In this document: positions 1 through 8,500 of the stretch, piece after piece
Layout of the letters: every line of letters begins with the position of its first letter
How positions within the stretch are numbered: the stretch's first letter is position 1
Source: Candidatus Magasanikiibacteriota bacterium
GTDB lineage: Bacteria; Patescibacteriota; Patescibacteriia; Magasanikbacterales; UBA922
Length of the DNA stretch: 64,000 bases
Direction: 5' to 3'
Assembly: GCA_043825135.1 (NCBI GenBank)
Contig: JBDRSF010000066.1
Location: forward strand, 6,355 to 70,354
The notes under the pieces: model-generated
Told to the model about the DNA's origin: nothing
The model's input: the letters and a program-made list of their open reading frames with translations, nothing else
Database searches by the model: none
Position numbers and translations under genes: made by a program

Positions 1-1
1 C

Positions 2-85
2 ATCTCACAGCTTCCTTTCCAACCTACCGGTGACAAGCCAGTTTATTGCAGAGATTGCATGATGGCTCGCCGTAATGATCGCTAA
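2..85 (+). CDS. 3' end of CxxC-x17-CxxC zinc-ribbon protein (partial, runs off window start)
   Basis: Frame 2 reads ISQLPFQPTGDKPVYCRDCMMARRNDR*; the PFxPxxxxPVYCxDC motif is typical of this family; terminator follows at 132-156. Confidence 0.75.
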   Translation: MSQLPFQPTGDKPVYCRDCMMARRNDR

Positions 86-131
86 ACTTTTGGAAAGTTT
101 ACCCTGTACCGTATGGTCTAGGGTTAAAAAA

Positions 132-156
132 GACTCCCTGGAAACGGGGAGTTTTT
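132..156 (+). terminator. Intrinsic terminator
   Basis: Hairpin ACTCCCTG-GAAA-CGGGGAGT followed by a T run. Confidence 0.7.
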
Positions 157-275
157 GTTATGAAAAATGCGATGCTCACCTGCCTGCCGGCAGGCAAGTA
201 TACTAGTGCATACTAATTATACGAATAATGTTAGATCTTGATTTTTGTATTGATTTAGTTTAAAATAAAGTCACT

Positions 276-1457
276 ATGAAAAAAAATAAAGAAAAAATAC
301 TAGTGTGTATGTCAGGTGGGGTGGATTCTTCGGTAGCTGCTGCTCTTTTGGTTGAACAAGGTTACGATGTGACTGGTGTGTACATGATAAATTATGATGA
401 TAGCGATCCGAATTATCCGAATCGACATCCGAATGACCCGAATGGTGAAAAGTGTTGGTTGCCGGATTATAGGGATGCCACCCGTGTGGCGGCGAAGTTG
501 GGGATTCCACTTTTGAAACTTAATTTTGTAAAAGAATACCGTGAGACAGTTTTGAAGTACATGTTTGATGAATATAAAAAGGGAAGGACACCAAATCCAG
601 ATGTGATGTGTAATCGCTGGGTTAAGTTTGGTTTTTGGCTTAAAAAGGCTAGGGAGTTGGGTTTTGATAAGATGGCGACGGGGCATTATGCCAAATTGAA
701 AAGGAATAAGGAAAAAGGAATAAGGAAAAAGGACAAATTACTCCTTACTCCTTACTCCTTACTCCTTGGTAAGGATCAAAATAAAGATCAAACTTATTTT
801 TTACACCAACTGAATCAAGAACAACTTTCACAGACACTATTTCCTTTGGGTGATTATACAAAAGATGAAGTGAGAGGGTTGGCGGAGAAATTTGATTTGC
901 CAACAGCTAACAAAGAAGAGAGTATGGGGATTTGTTTTGTGGGGGAAGTAGATATGAAAGAGTTTTTACAGCGTAAAATAAAACCAGAGCCTGGCAAAAT
1001 TTTGATGAGCGATGGTACTATTTTAGGGGAACACGAAGGACTTCCTTTTTACACCATAGGAGAACGAGGTATTAGGTTAGGTGGCCGAAAGCCGAAAGCC
1101 GAAAGCGGAGATGTTAGACCATTATTTGTGGTTGATAAAAGATTTGAGAGTAATGAGCTAGTTGTAGGATATGAGGATGATCCTTTGTTGTTTAAAAGTG
1201 AGATTGAGGTGGGGGATGATGTGAATTGGATTTCAGGTGAAGCACCAGAGATGCCATTTGAATGTGAGGTTAGGTTGAGACATAGGCATGAATTTCAAAA
1301 TGCTGAATGCCAAATGCTGAATGCCAAATTGATTGTGAAATTTGAAAAGCCACAAAAGGCGATGACGCCTGGGCAGTTTTGTGTTTTTTATATGCAACGT
1401 GACGAAGTTTTACGTGGTAAAGAAATCGAGTGTCTTGGTGGGGGAGTAATTTTATAA
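276..1457 (+). CDS. mnmA: tRNA 2-thiouridine(34) synthase MnmA
   Basis: PP-loop MSGGVDS, TPNPDVMCN, ATGHYA, KDQTYFL, ESMGICF, TPGQ; carries several repeat-derived insertions. Confidence 0.97.
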   Translation: MKKNKEKILVCMSGGVDSSVAAALLVEQGYDVTGVYMINYDDSDPNYPNRHPNDPNGEKCWLPDYRDATRVAAKLGIPLLKLNFVKEYRETVLKYMFDEYKKGRTPNPDVMCNRWVKFGFWLKKARELGFDKMATGHYAKLKRNKEKGIRKKDKLLLTPYSLLLGKDQNKDQTYFLHQLNQEQLSQTLFPLGDYTKDEVRGLAEKFDLPTANKEESMGICFVGEVDMKEFLQRKIKPEPGKILMSDGTILGEHEGLPFYTIGERGIRLGGRKPKAESGDVRPLFVVDKRFESNELVVGYEDDPLLFKSEIEVGDDVNWISGEAPEMPFECEVRLRHRHEFQNAECQMLNAKLIVKFEKPQKAMTPGQFCVFYMQRDEVLRGKEIECLGGGVIL

Positions 1458-1464
1458 AAAGTAA

Positions 1465-1486
1465 AGCCCCGATGTGTGTCGGGGCG
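1465..1486. terminator. Terminator hairpin between convergent mnmA and small minus-strand ORF
   Basis: GCCCCGAT-GTGT-GTCGGGGC preceded by an A-rich run (U-rich tail on the minus strand). Confidence 0.6.
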
Positions 1487-1524
1487 GGAATAAGAGAAGA
1501 ATTTTAGTTTGAATAACCATGTGG

Positions 1525-1626
1525 TCACTTTTTACCATCCTTTTTCTCTGGTTTTTTCTTGATTTGACATCCGGTAATTCCGAATGCTAAGAAGATTGCG
1601 AGGATTATAGCAAGTGTATTAAACAT
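1525..1626 (-). CDS. Small putative lipoprotein (33 aa), not in ORF track
   Basis: MFNTLAIILAIFLAFGITGCQIKKKPEKKDGKK*; hydrophobic stretch plus lipobox-like ITGC; GAGGAG SD 6 nt upstream. Confidence 0.6.
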   Translation of the reverse strand: MFNTLAIILAIFLAFGITGCQIKKKPEKKDGKK

Positions 1627-1946
1627 GCGATTCTCCTCATATCAAATTAAAGAGCGATATTGTGTCAGAGTTTTCACTCTGTTGTTCTAGGTAGCCCTAG
1701 GATGATTTTGTGGACACACCCCTGACAAGATCTTCAATGCCAGGATCAGCACGGCCGTGCTAAAGGTGGGTTATCAGAAATGTGTCCGGAGGAGTCATCC
1801 TAGGGCTCGGCATGTAAATCTAATGCAGTTTGAGATGGTAGGTCTACCTCTCTGGTTGGATGCCCCTAGAAGGCACTACATCAGAATACATGTGCATCCT
1901 TTCCAAAAGACACTAGGATGCGTGGTTAGGGGTAGATAGAAAGCGT
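1627..1946 (-). ncRNA. Long structured 5' leader or ncRNA upstream of the small lipoprotein
   Basis: Minus-strand promoter TTGACT(1980-1975)-16-TATAAT(1958-1953); perfect 13-bp stem 1693-1705/1795-1807 plus further stems whose G-U pairs favour the minus strand. Confidence 0.55.
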
Positions 1947-1952
1947 ATCTAT

Positions 1953-2013
1953 ATTATAGTATTTATTAAAAAAAAGTCAAGTCTTTGACTAAAAACAGAT
2001 AAATTGATAAAAT
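1953..2013. promoter_or_regulatory. Back-to-back divergent sigma70-type promoters
   Basis: Minus: TTGACT-16-TATAAT; plus: TTGACT(1985-1990)-17-TAAAAT(2008-2013). Confidence 0.6.
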
Positions 2014-2042
2014 AGATATATCTATTTTAATTTAAAAAATAT

Positions 2043-2153
2043 ATGGAAAATTTGGAATCAACTGTCACTTTGGGAAGTTTTATCTTCTCATCTTTGCCAA
2101 TTTTAATTTTGGTAGGGATTGTGGTATTTTTAGCTTTTAAGTATCTTAAATAA
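2043..2153 (+). CDS. Small single-pass membrane protein (36 aa), not in ORF track
   Basis: MENLESTVTLGSFIFSSLPILILVGIVVFLAFKYLK*, directly downstream of the plus-strand promoter. Confidence 0.5.
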   Translation: MENLESTVTLGSFIFSSLPILILVGIVVFLAFKYLK

Positions 2154-2221
2154 GTCCATAAAGTCATAAAGTTCGTAAAGTCTTGACTTTAGAAACTTTA
2201 TAACTTTATAAATTAATTTTT

Positions 2222-4042
2222 ATGAACACTGGCGAACTGCGACAGAAGTATTTGAAATTTTTCAAATTAAAAAATCATTCTGTAATACCATCAGCTTCTT
2301 TGCTTCCGGAAAATGATCCGACAGTTTTGTTTACTACAGCTGGGATGCATCCATTGGTGCTATATCTATTGGGTGAAAAACATCCTAGCGGAACACGGCT
2401 TGCAGATGTACAGAAGTGTGTGCGTACTGGTGATATTGATGATGTTGGAGATCAATGGCATCTAACATTTTTTGAGATGTTGGGGAATTGGAGTTTGAAT
2501 GATTATTGGAAAAAAGAAGCAATTGAATTTAGTTTTGAATTTTTGACTAAAGAATTAAATATTCCTGTAGAAAAATTAGCTGTTAGTGTATTTGAGGGTG
2601 ATGATGACGCACCGTTTGATGAAGAAAGTTACAATATCTGGAAAAATCTTGGTTTATCAGAAGAAAGAATTTATAAATATAATAAAAAAGAAAACTGGTG
2701 GGGGCCAGCTGGAACCACTGGACCATGTGGGCCTGATAGTGAAATGTTTTTTATTACTGATAAGCCGGCTTGCGGGTCAGATTGCCAACCTAGTTGTTCT
2801 TGTGGAAAGTATGTTGAAATTTGGAATGATGTGTTTATGGAATATTTCAAAGATGAGAAAGGAAATTATAATAAAGCTGAAATACGTAATGTAGATACTG
2901 GTATGGGGGTGGAGAGAGTTACAGCAGTTTTGAATAATTTGTCAGATAATTACCAAGTTGATACTATGAAGCCAATAGTTGAGAAGGTAGAAGAATTATC
3001 AGACAAGAAATATGGAGAGAATAATGAAATAACAAACTCTATTCGCATAGTCGCGGATCATATGCGTGCTACTACTATGATAATGGGGGATGAGCGGGGG
3101 ATTACTCCTGGTAATGTTGACCAAGGTTATGTGGTGCGTAAGCTTATCCGTCGTGCTATTCGTCATGGTAAAAAATTAGGAATTGAAGATAATTTTTGTC
3201 TTAAAATTGCTGAGGTAGTGATGAGTATTTTCGCTGAAATATATCCTGAAGTAATAAAAAACAAAGATACAGTTTTACACGAAATAGAAAAAGAAGAAAT
3301 TAAATTTAGAGATACTTTAGAACAAGGTATAAAAGAATTTGAAAAACTTTTGAATGGTTTTAAAATGGCTGAAGAAAAAACTGGTAATAAGATTACTGAG
3401 ATTTCTGGTAAACAAGCTTTTAAACTTTATGACACTTATGGTTTTCCAATTGAATTAACAGAAGATTTGGCAAAAGAGAATGATTTGATTGTCGATATAC
3501 AGGGTTTTGAAGAAGCTTTTGAGAAACATCAGGATTTATCTCGTGCCGGAGCTGAACAAAAATTTAAAGGTGGATTGGCTGATACTGGTGAGATGAGTAC
3601 AAAGTATCATACAGCTACACATTTGTTACATTCAGCCTTGTACAAAGTTTTAGGCAAACATGTTGAACAAAAAGGTAGTAATATTACCGCTGATCGTCTA
3701 CGCTTTGACTTTACTCATGGTGAAAAAATGACTGATGAAGAAAAAAAGCAAGTTGAAGATCTTGTTAACAATGCTATAGATAAAAAACTTTCAGTTTCAA
3801 TGGAAGAAATGAGTGTAGAAGAGGCAAAAAAACAAGGTGCAATTGGTTTGTTTGGTGATAAGTATGGTGAAAAGGTTAAAGTTTATACAATCAGTCCTTT
3901 GGCAGGCTCAGGATCTCCTTTCAGTCGAGAAATCTGTGGTGGACCGCATGTTGAAAATATAGGTGATTTAGGACATTTTAGAATCAAAAAAGAAGAATCT
4001 TCAAGTGCTGGTGTGAGGCGTATTAAAGCTATACTTGAATAA
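2222..4042 (+). CDS. alaS: Alanine--tRNA ligase, short form lacking C-Ala domain
   Basis: LFTTAGM, HLTFFEMLGNWS, GPCGPDSE, DTGMGVER, HTATHLLH and CGGPH editing motifs; ends at GVRRIKA. Confidence 0.97.
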   Translation: MNTGELRQKYLKFFKLKNHSVIPSASLLPENDPTVLFTTAGMHPLVLYLLGEKHPSGTRLADVQKCVRTGDIDDVGDQWHLTFFEMLGNWSLNDYWKKEAIEFSFEFLTKELNIPVEKLAVSVFEGDDDAPFDEESYNIWKNLGLSEERIYKYNKKENWWGPAGTTGPCGPDSEMFFITDKPACGSDCQPSCSCGKYVEIWNDVFMEYFKDEKGNYNKAEIRNVDTGMGVERVTAVLNNLSDNYQVDTMKPIVEKVEELSDKKYGENNEITNSIRIVADHMRATTMIMGDERGITPGNVDQGYVVRKLIRRAIRHGKKLGIEDNFCLKIAEVVMSIFAEIYPEVIKNKDTVLHEIEKEEIKFRDTLEQGIKEFEKLLNGFKMAEEKTGNKITEISGKQAFKLYDTYGFPIELTEDLAKENDLIVDIQGFEEAFEKHQDLSRAGAEQKFKGGLADTGEMSTKYHTATHLLHSALYKVLGKHVEQKGSNITADRLRFDFTHGEKMTDEEKKQVEDLVNNAIDKKLSVSMEEMSVEEAKKQGAIGLFGDKYGEKVKVYTISPLAGSGSPFSREICGGPHVENIGDLGHFRIKKEESSSAGVRRIKAILE

Positions 4043-4145
4043 AAAAATATCATTTATCACTTATCATATATCTCATGTTGAATAGAAATGATAAATGATA
4101 AATGATACCCACAGGGCATCCCTCTGCGGGGATAAATGATAAATT

Positions 4146-4553
4146 ATGCTTAGAAAGTTACTATCTTATTTCTGGCGTGTTCGCTTTGAATTTACAAAAT
4201 ACTTTGTAATCGGTTTTTCCGGCATGTTTTTGGATATTGCTACTTTAGTTTTATTCAAAGAAGTGTTTGGTGTGTGGGCGACTTTAGCAGTGATTTTGAA
4301 TCAAATTATTGTGGTTGCCTATAATTTTACACTAAACAAATATTGGTCATTCAAAAATAAGGCTCTACCACACAAACAGTTTGTGAGGTATATGTTAGTT
4401 TTTGGTGTTAATTATCTAATAGCGATTGGAGCTATGTTTGTGTTTAGTGATAAAGTCGGATTTGATTATCGTCTGGTTAGGATATTTACAATCGCATTAT
4501 CCGTAAGTTGGAACTTTTTAATTTATAAATATTGGGTGTATAAGAACACATAA
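4146..4553 (+). CDS. GtrA family membrane protein
   Basis: Four TM segments, NFTLNKYWSF and WNFLIYKYWV motifs. Confidence 0.85.
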   Translation: MLRKLLSYFWRVRFEFTKYFVIGFSGMFLDIATLVLFKEVFGVWATLAVILNQIIVVAYNFTLNKYWSFKNKALPHKQFVRYMLVFGVNYLIAIGAMFVFSDKVGFDYRLVRIFTIALSVSWNFLIYKYWVYKNT

Positions 4554-4754
4554 CACGTATCACATATCACAAGATAAAGGTTCTTTTTGATGGTAATTTT
4601 TGTTAATTTAATTTAAGTGGTTTATTCCTTACTCCTTACCCCTTTTTCCTTAATCCTTAATAAAAAAGTTATTAACACCCCCTTCTGGTATATTTTACTT
4701 GACAGTTTTATTAAAATATAGTAAAATATCGCCAGATTAATCTTTTTGCTAATC

Positions 4755-4973
4755 ATGGCCAAAAATTCAGATGTGGTGGAAATTCGCGGTACAGTTGAAG
4801 AATTGTTACCCGGCGCCACTTTTCGAGTAAAATTAGAAAGCGATCATGAGATTATTGCCCATCTTTCGGGCAAAATGAGAATGAATCGTATTAGATTGGG
4901 AGTTGGTGACGAAATCAAAGTCGAACTTACTCCTTATGATTTGTCCAAAGGTAGGATAACTTATAGATTCTAA
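4755..4973 (+). CDS. infA: Translation initiation factor IF-1
   Basis: [28 protein letters not shown]. Confidence 0.97.
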   Translation: MAKNSDVVEIRGTVEELLPGATFRVKLESDHEIIAHLSGKMRMNRIRLGVGDEIKVELTPYDLSKGRITYRF

Positions 4974-5061
4974 AGAGTATCAACCAGTGCGGTGGAATTC
5001 GGCTCTCGTTAGCTGAATGATGATATCGCGGCAGTGGTTGGTATTTTTTGTTAAAATATAT

Positions 5062-5199
5062 ATGAAAGTAAAGTCCTCAGTAAAAAAACGTTGTAAAAAG
5101 TGCCAGACCGTAAGACGTTGTGGTGTAGTTCATGTTATCTGTGAAAACCCTCGTCATAAACAACGTCAAGGTACAAAAATAAGAAAAAAATCCGCTTAA
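5062..5199 (+). CDS. rpmJ: 50S ribosomal protein L36 with short basic C-terminal extension
   Basis: [14 protein letters not shown]...[13 protein letters not shown] + TKIRKKSA; start at ATG 5062. Confidence 0.95.
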   Translation: MKVKSSVKKRCKKCQTVRRCGVVHVICENPRHKQRQGTKIRKKSA

Positions 5200-5210
5200 A
5201 TTGATTTTAT

Positions 5211-5597
5211 ATGAGAATTTCTGGTGTAACAATTCCAAAAGACAAGAGAGTAGTTATTAGTTTGACTTATATCTTCGGTATTGGTCCTACTACTTCTGTC
5301 AAAATTTTGGCAGAAGCCAACATAGACGAGAGTATCCGAGTTAAGGATCTTACACAAGATCAACAAGATTCTATTCGTAATATTATAGAAAAAAAGCACA
5401 AAACTGAAGGTGATCTGCGTCGTGAAGTTTCTAGTAACATAAAACGTCTCAAAGATATTAAGAGTTATAGAGGTACTAGACATACAAAGAGGTTGCCAGT
5501 TCGCGGTCAAAGAACTAAGACAAATTCTCGTACCATGAGAGGTAATAAGAGAAATTTGGCTACTAGTGGTAAAAAACCAACAGCTCAAAAAACCTAA
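5211..5597 (+). CDS. rpsM: 30S ribosomal protein S13
   Basis: [28 protein letters not shown]. Confidence 0.98.
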   Translation: MRISGVTIPKDKRVVISLTYIFGIGPTTSVKILAEANIDESIRVKDLTQDQQDSIRNIIEKKHKTEGDLRREVSSNIKRLKDIKSYRGTRHTKRLPVRGQRTKTNSRTMRGNKRNLATSGKKPTAQKT

Positions 5598-5617
5598 CAC
5601 AGATTTTAAAATAAAGT

Positions 5618-6013
5618 ATGGTAAAGAAAGCAAAAAAAACAATTAAGAAAAAGAAAGTTATTAAGAAAATTGGTCATGGCAGAGCTTATATTCAAGCCAC
5701 TTTTAATAACACTATTGTAAGTATTACTGATCAAAATGGTGATGTTTTGGGTTGGGCTAGTGCTGGTATGGTTGGTTTCAAAGGTCCTAAGAAAGCGACT
5801 CCCTATGCTGCTAGTCAAGTGGTAAAAAAAGTTGTTGATTCTATAGCTGATTACGCTGTAAAAGAAGTAAATGTTTTTGTAAAAGGTATAGGAGCTGGTC
5901 GTGAGGGCGCTATTAGAGCCCTGAACACTAATGGTCTGCAAGTTTTATCAGTAAAGGATACCACGCCAATTCCACACAATGGTTGTCGTCCTCCAAAGAG
6001 ACGAAGGGTTTAA
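5618..6013 (+). CDS. rpsK: 30S ribosomal protein S11
   Basis: ATFNNTIV, KATPYAA, TPIPHNGCRPPKRRRV. Confidence 0.98.
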   Translation: MVKKAKKTIKKKKVIKKIGHGRAYIQATFNNTIVSITDQNGDVLGWASAGMVGFKGPKKATPYAASQVVKKVVDSIADYAVKEVNVFVKGIGAGREGAIRALNTNGLQVLSVKDTTPIPHNGCRPPKRRRV

Positions 6014-6042
6014 ATTAATTTAGAAATTAGGAAATTATTGAT

Positions 6043-6666
6043 ATGGGTAAATATATCGGTCCAAAAAATAAAATTGCTAGAAGATTTGGAGTAAATCTTG
6101 GTTTAAAAAGCAATCCAACTAAGGTTGCTAGAAGACTAAGCCAAGCTCCAGGGGTGCATGGTCCTAAAAAAAGACGTGTGTCTAGTTCTAGTTATGGTAA
6201 ACAACTTTTGGAAAAGCAAAAAGCTAAATATATCTATGGTCTTAGAGAAAAACAATTTAGAGGTTATGTAATTGAAGCTAATCGTCAAGAGGGTGATTCT
6301 GGTGTTAATTTACAAAAGCTTTTAGAACTTAGAATGGATAATGTTGTTTATCGTTTAGGTTTTGCAGATACCAGAGCCCAAGCTCGTCAATTTGTTTCTC
6401 ATAGTATGTTTTATCTAAATGGCAAGAAAATGAATATCCCTTCTCATATTTTGAAAGTTGGTGATGTGGTTGAGTTGCGAGTTAATAAACAAAAAAAGAA
6501 AATTTTTGAAACAATAACTGACAAGTTAAGTAAAATAGAAACAGCTAGTTGGCTTAGTGTAGACCCTAACAAGAAGTCAGGAAAGATATTAAATTTACCA
6601 ACTGATAAAGATTTTGACAAGGTTTTTGATGTTAAGCTTATCATTGAGTACTACTCAGCCAGATAA
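6043..6666 (+). CDS. rpsD: 30S ribosomal protein S4
   Basis: YGKQLLEKQK, LELRMDNVVYRLG, RAQARQFVSH. Confidence 0.98.
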   Translation: MGKYIGPKNKIARRFGVNLGLKSNPTKVARRLSQAPGVHGPKKRRVSSSSYGKQLLEKQKAKYIYGLREKQFRGYVIEANRQEGDSGVNLQKLLELRMDNVVYRLGFADTRAQARQFVSHSMFYLNGKKMNIPSHILKVGDVVELRVNKQKKKIFETITDKLSKIETASWLSVDPNKKSGKILNLPTDKDFDKVFDVKLIIEYYSAR

Positions 6667-6830
6667 TTTAACAACCTATTTTTATTTCCGCCCGAGGAGG
6701 CGGACTAGTGGTTTAATACCGCATGGCTTACTGTGAAAGAGTATCTTTTAATACTTCACCAGTTTGCTGAGAATAGTTTATTCAGGGAGGGTATCCCATC
6801 CCGATTGAGTCGGGATAGAACAAAAAATAT

Positions 6831-7673
6831 ATGGAACACATATTACTACCATCCACAATAGAATTTCAGGAAACTGATGAAAAAAATGTTGCTAATGTCA
6901 TTATAACTCCTTGTCAGCAGGGTTATGGTACCACACTTGGTAATTCTTTGCGTAGAGTATTGCTTTCATCCCTACCAGGTGCAGCTGTAGAATCTGTAAA
7001 AATAAAAGGTGTACAGCATGAATTTTCAGGTTTAGACGGAGTGCAAGAGGATATGGTAGAGGTTATTTTAAATTTAAAACAATTAGCTGTAAAATCTTAT
7101 TCTGATGAGCCAATCACTTTGTCCTTGGTTAAAAAAGGCAAAGGTGATGTTACAGCTGTCGATTTTGAAAAAAATTCTGATATAGAAATTATAAATACAG
7201 ATTTAAAAATAATGACAATAACTGATGATAAATGTCAAGTAGAGTTGGAAGTTGTCATTGGTCAAGGATTCGGCCATGTAGCAGTAGGTGAAAAAGAAGG
7301 TAAAAATTTAGATCTAGGTACTATTTTGATAGATTCACTATACACTCCAATTGTTGATGTTGGTTATAGAGTAGAAATGACTCGGGTTGGTGATGTTACT
7401 AACTATGAAAAATTAAGCTTAAAGATTGAAACAAACGGCACTATTACACCAAAAGAAGCTTTACATCAGTCAACTAAGATTTTAATGGATTATTTTGCTT
7501 TGGTATTAGAATCTACTGAGAATGGTAATATGACAAAAATGAAGGTTGAAGAGACTGAAAAAGAAGACGAAGAGGTCATTGCTGAAGAAGAAATAGTGGA
7601 AGAAAAACCAAAAAAGAAAATTATTAAAAAAACTACAAAAACTATTAAGAAAAAAGTGGAGGAAGAAGAATAA
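6831..7673 (+). CDS. rpoA: RNA polymerase alpha subunit, alphaNTD only, with acidic/Lys-rich tail
   Basis: GYGTTLGNSLRRVLLSS, HEFS, LNLK; no alphaCTD helix-hairpin motifs after residue ~230. Confidence 0.96.
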   Translation: MEHILLPSTIEFQETDEKNVANVIITPCQQGYGTTLGNSLRRVLLSSLPGAAVESVKIKGVQHEFSGLDGVQEDMVEVILNLKQLAVKSYSDEPITLSLVKKGKGDVTAVDFEKNSDIEIINTDLKIMTITDDKCQVELEVVIGQGFGHVAVGEKEGKNLDLGTILIDSLYTPIVDVGYRVEMTRVGDVTNYEKLSLKIETNGTITPKEALHQSTKILMDYFALVLESTENGNMTKMKVEETEKEDEEVIAEEEIVEEKPKKKIIKKTTKTIKKKVEEEE

Positions 7674-7678
7674 ATGTT

Positions 7679-8029
7679 ATGCGACATAAGAAGAAAAAAT
7701 TTACTTTAGGTAGAGAAAGAGCTCATCGTGATGCTATGATGAAAAATTTAGCTGAGAGTTTGATTTTGCATGGCAAAATTAAAACTACAAAAGCTAAAGC
7801 TAAAGCCTTACGTACAGTAGTAGAACCTTTGATTACAAAAGCTAAAGCCGGTACATTGGCTGCTAGACGTGAGTTAATCAAAGCTCTTTTTACTGATGAA
7901 GTTGTTAAAAAAATGATGGATGAGCTTGGTCCTAAGTATAAAGATAGAAAAGGTGGTTATACTAGAATAATTAAGTTGGTTCATCGCGATTCTGATTCTG
8001 CTGAGATGGCTAGAATAGAACTAGTATAA
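7679..8029 (+). CDS. rplQ: 50S ribosomal protein L17
   Basis: MRH..., IKTTKAKAK, GGYTRIIK. Confidence 0.98.
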   Translation: MRHKKKKFTLGRERAHRDAMMKNLAESLILHGKIKTTKAKAKALRTVVEPLITKAKAGTLAARRELIKALFTDEVVKKMMDELGPKYKDRKGGYTRIIKLVHRDSDSAEMARIELV

Positions 8030-8096
8030 CTCGATTCTAATACCTGCCTGCCGGCAGGCAGGTACGAATTCATCCGAATTATCCAAATAAAAGAAT

Positions 8097-8459
8097 ATGG
8101 AAAAAGAAATAAAAAGAAATAAAATTGAAATTGATGCGGCTGGTAGGGCTGCTGGTAGAGTTGCTACGGAAGTAGCTATGGCTTTGCGTGGAAAAAATAG
8201 ACCAGATTTTACTCCACACATTGATAGTGGTGATTTTGTTAGAATTATCAATGCTGGACAATTGAAATTCACTGGTAAAAAACTAGTTCAAAAAGATTAT
8301 TTTCACCATACTATGCATCCAGGTGGTTTGCGTCGCACTCCTATGAAAAAGATTTTTGATAATGATCCTGCCGAAGTTATTCGCAGAGCTGTTTATGGTA
8401 TGTTACCAAAGAATAGACTAAGAGATGGTATGATGAAACGTCTTACTATTAAAAAATAA
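8097..8459 (+). CDS. rplM: 50S ribosomal protein L13 (short form)
   Basis: LRGKNRP.FTPH.D.GD, AVYGMLPKN. Confidence 0.97.
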   Translation: MEKEIKRNKIEIDAAGRAAGRVATEVAMALRGKNRPDFTPHIDSGDFVRIINAGQLKFTGKKLVQKDYFHHTMHPGGLRRTPMKKIFDNDPAEVIRRAVYGMLPKNRLRDGMMKRLTIKK

Positions 8460-8500
8460 GCATTGATTCAAACTGATTTATACAGATTACATAAATATAT

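Noticed and set aside
1757-1939. 60-aa plus-strand ORF
   Set aside because: Antisense to the structured leader, with no RBS or motif
5196-5941. Long antisense ORFs over ribosomal protein genes (and similar shadows elsewhere)
   Set aside because: They fully overlap well-supported genes and have no motifs
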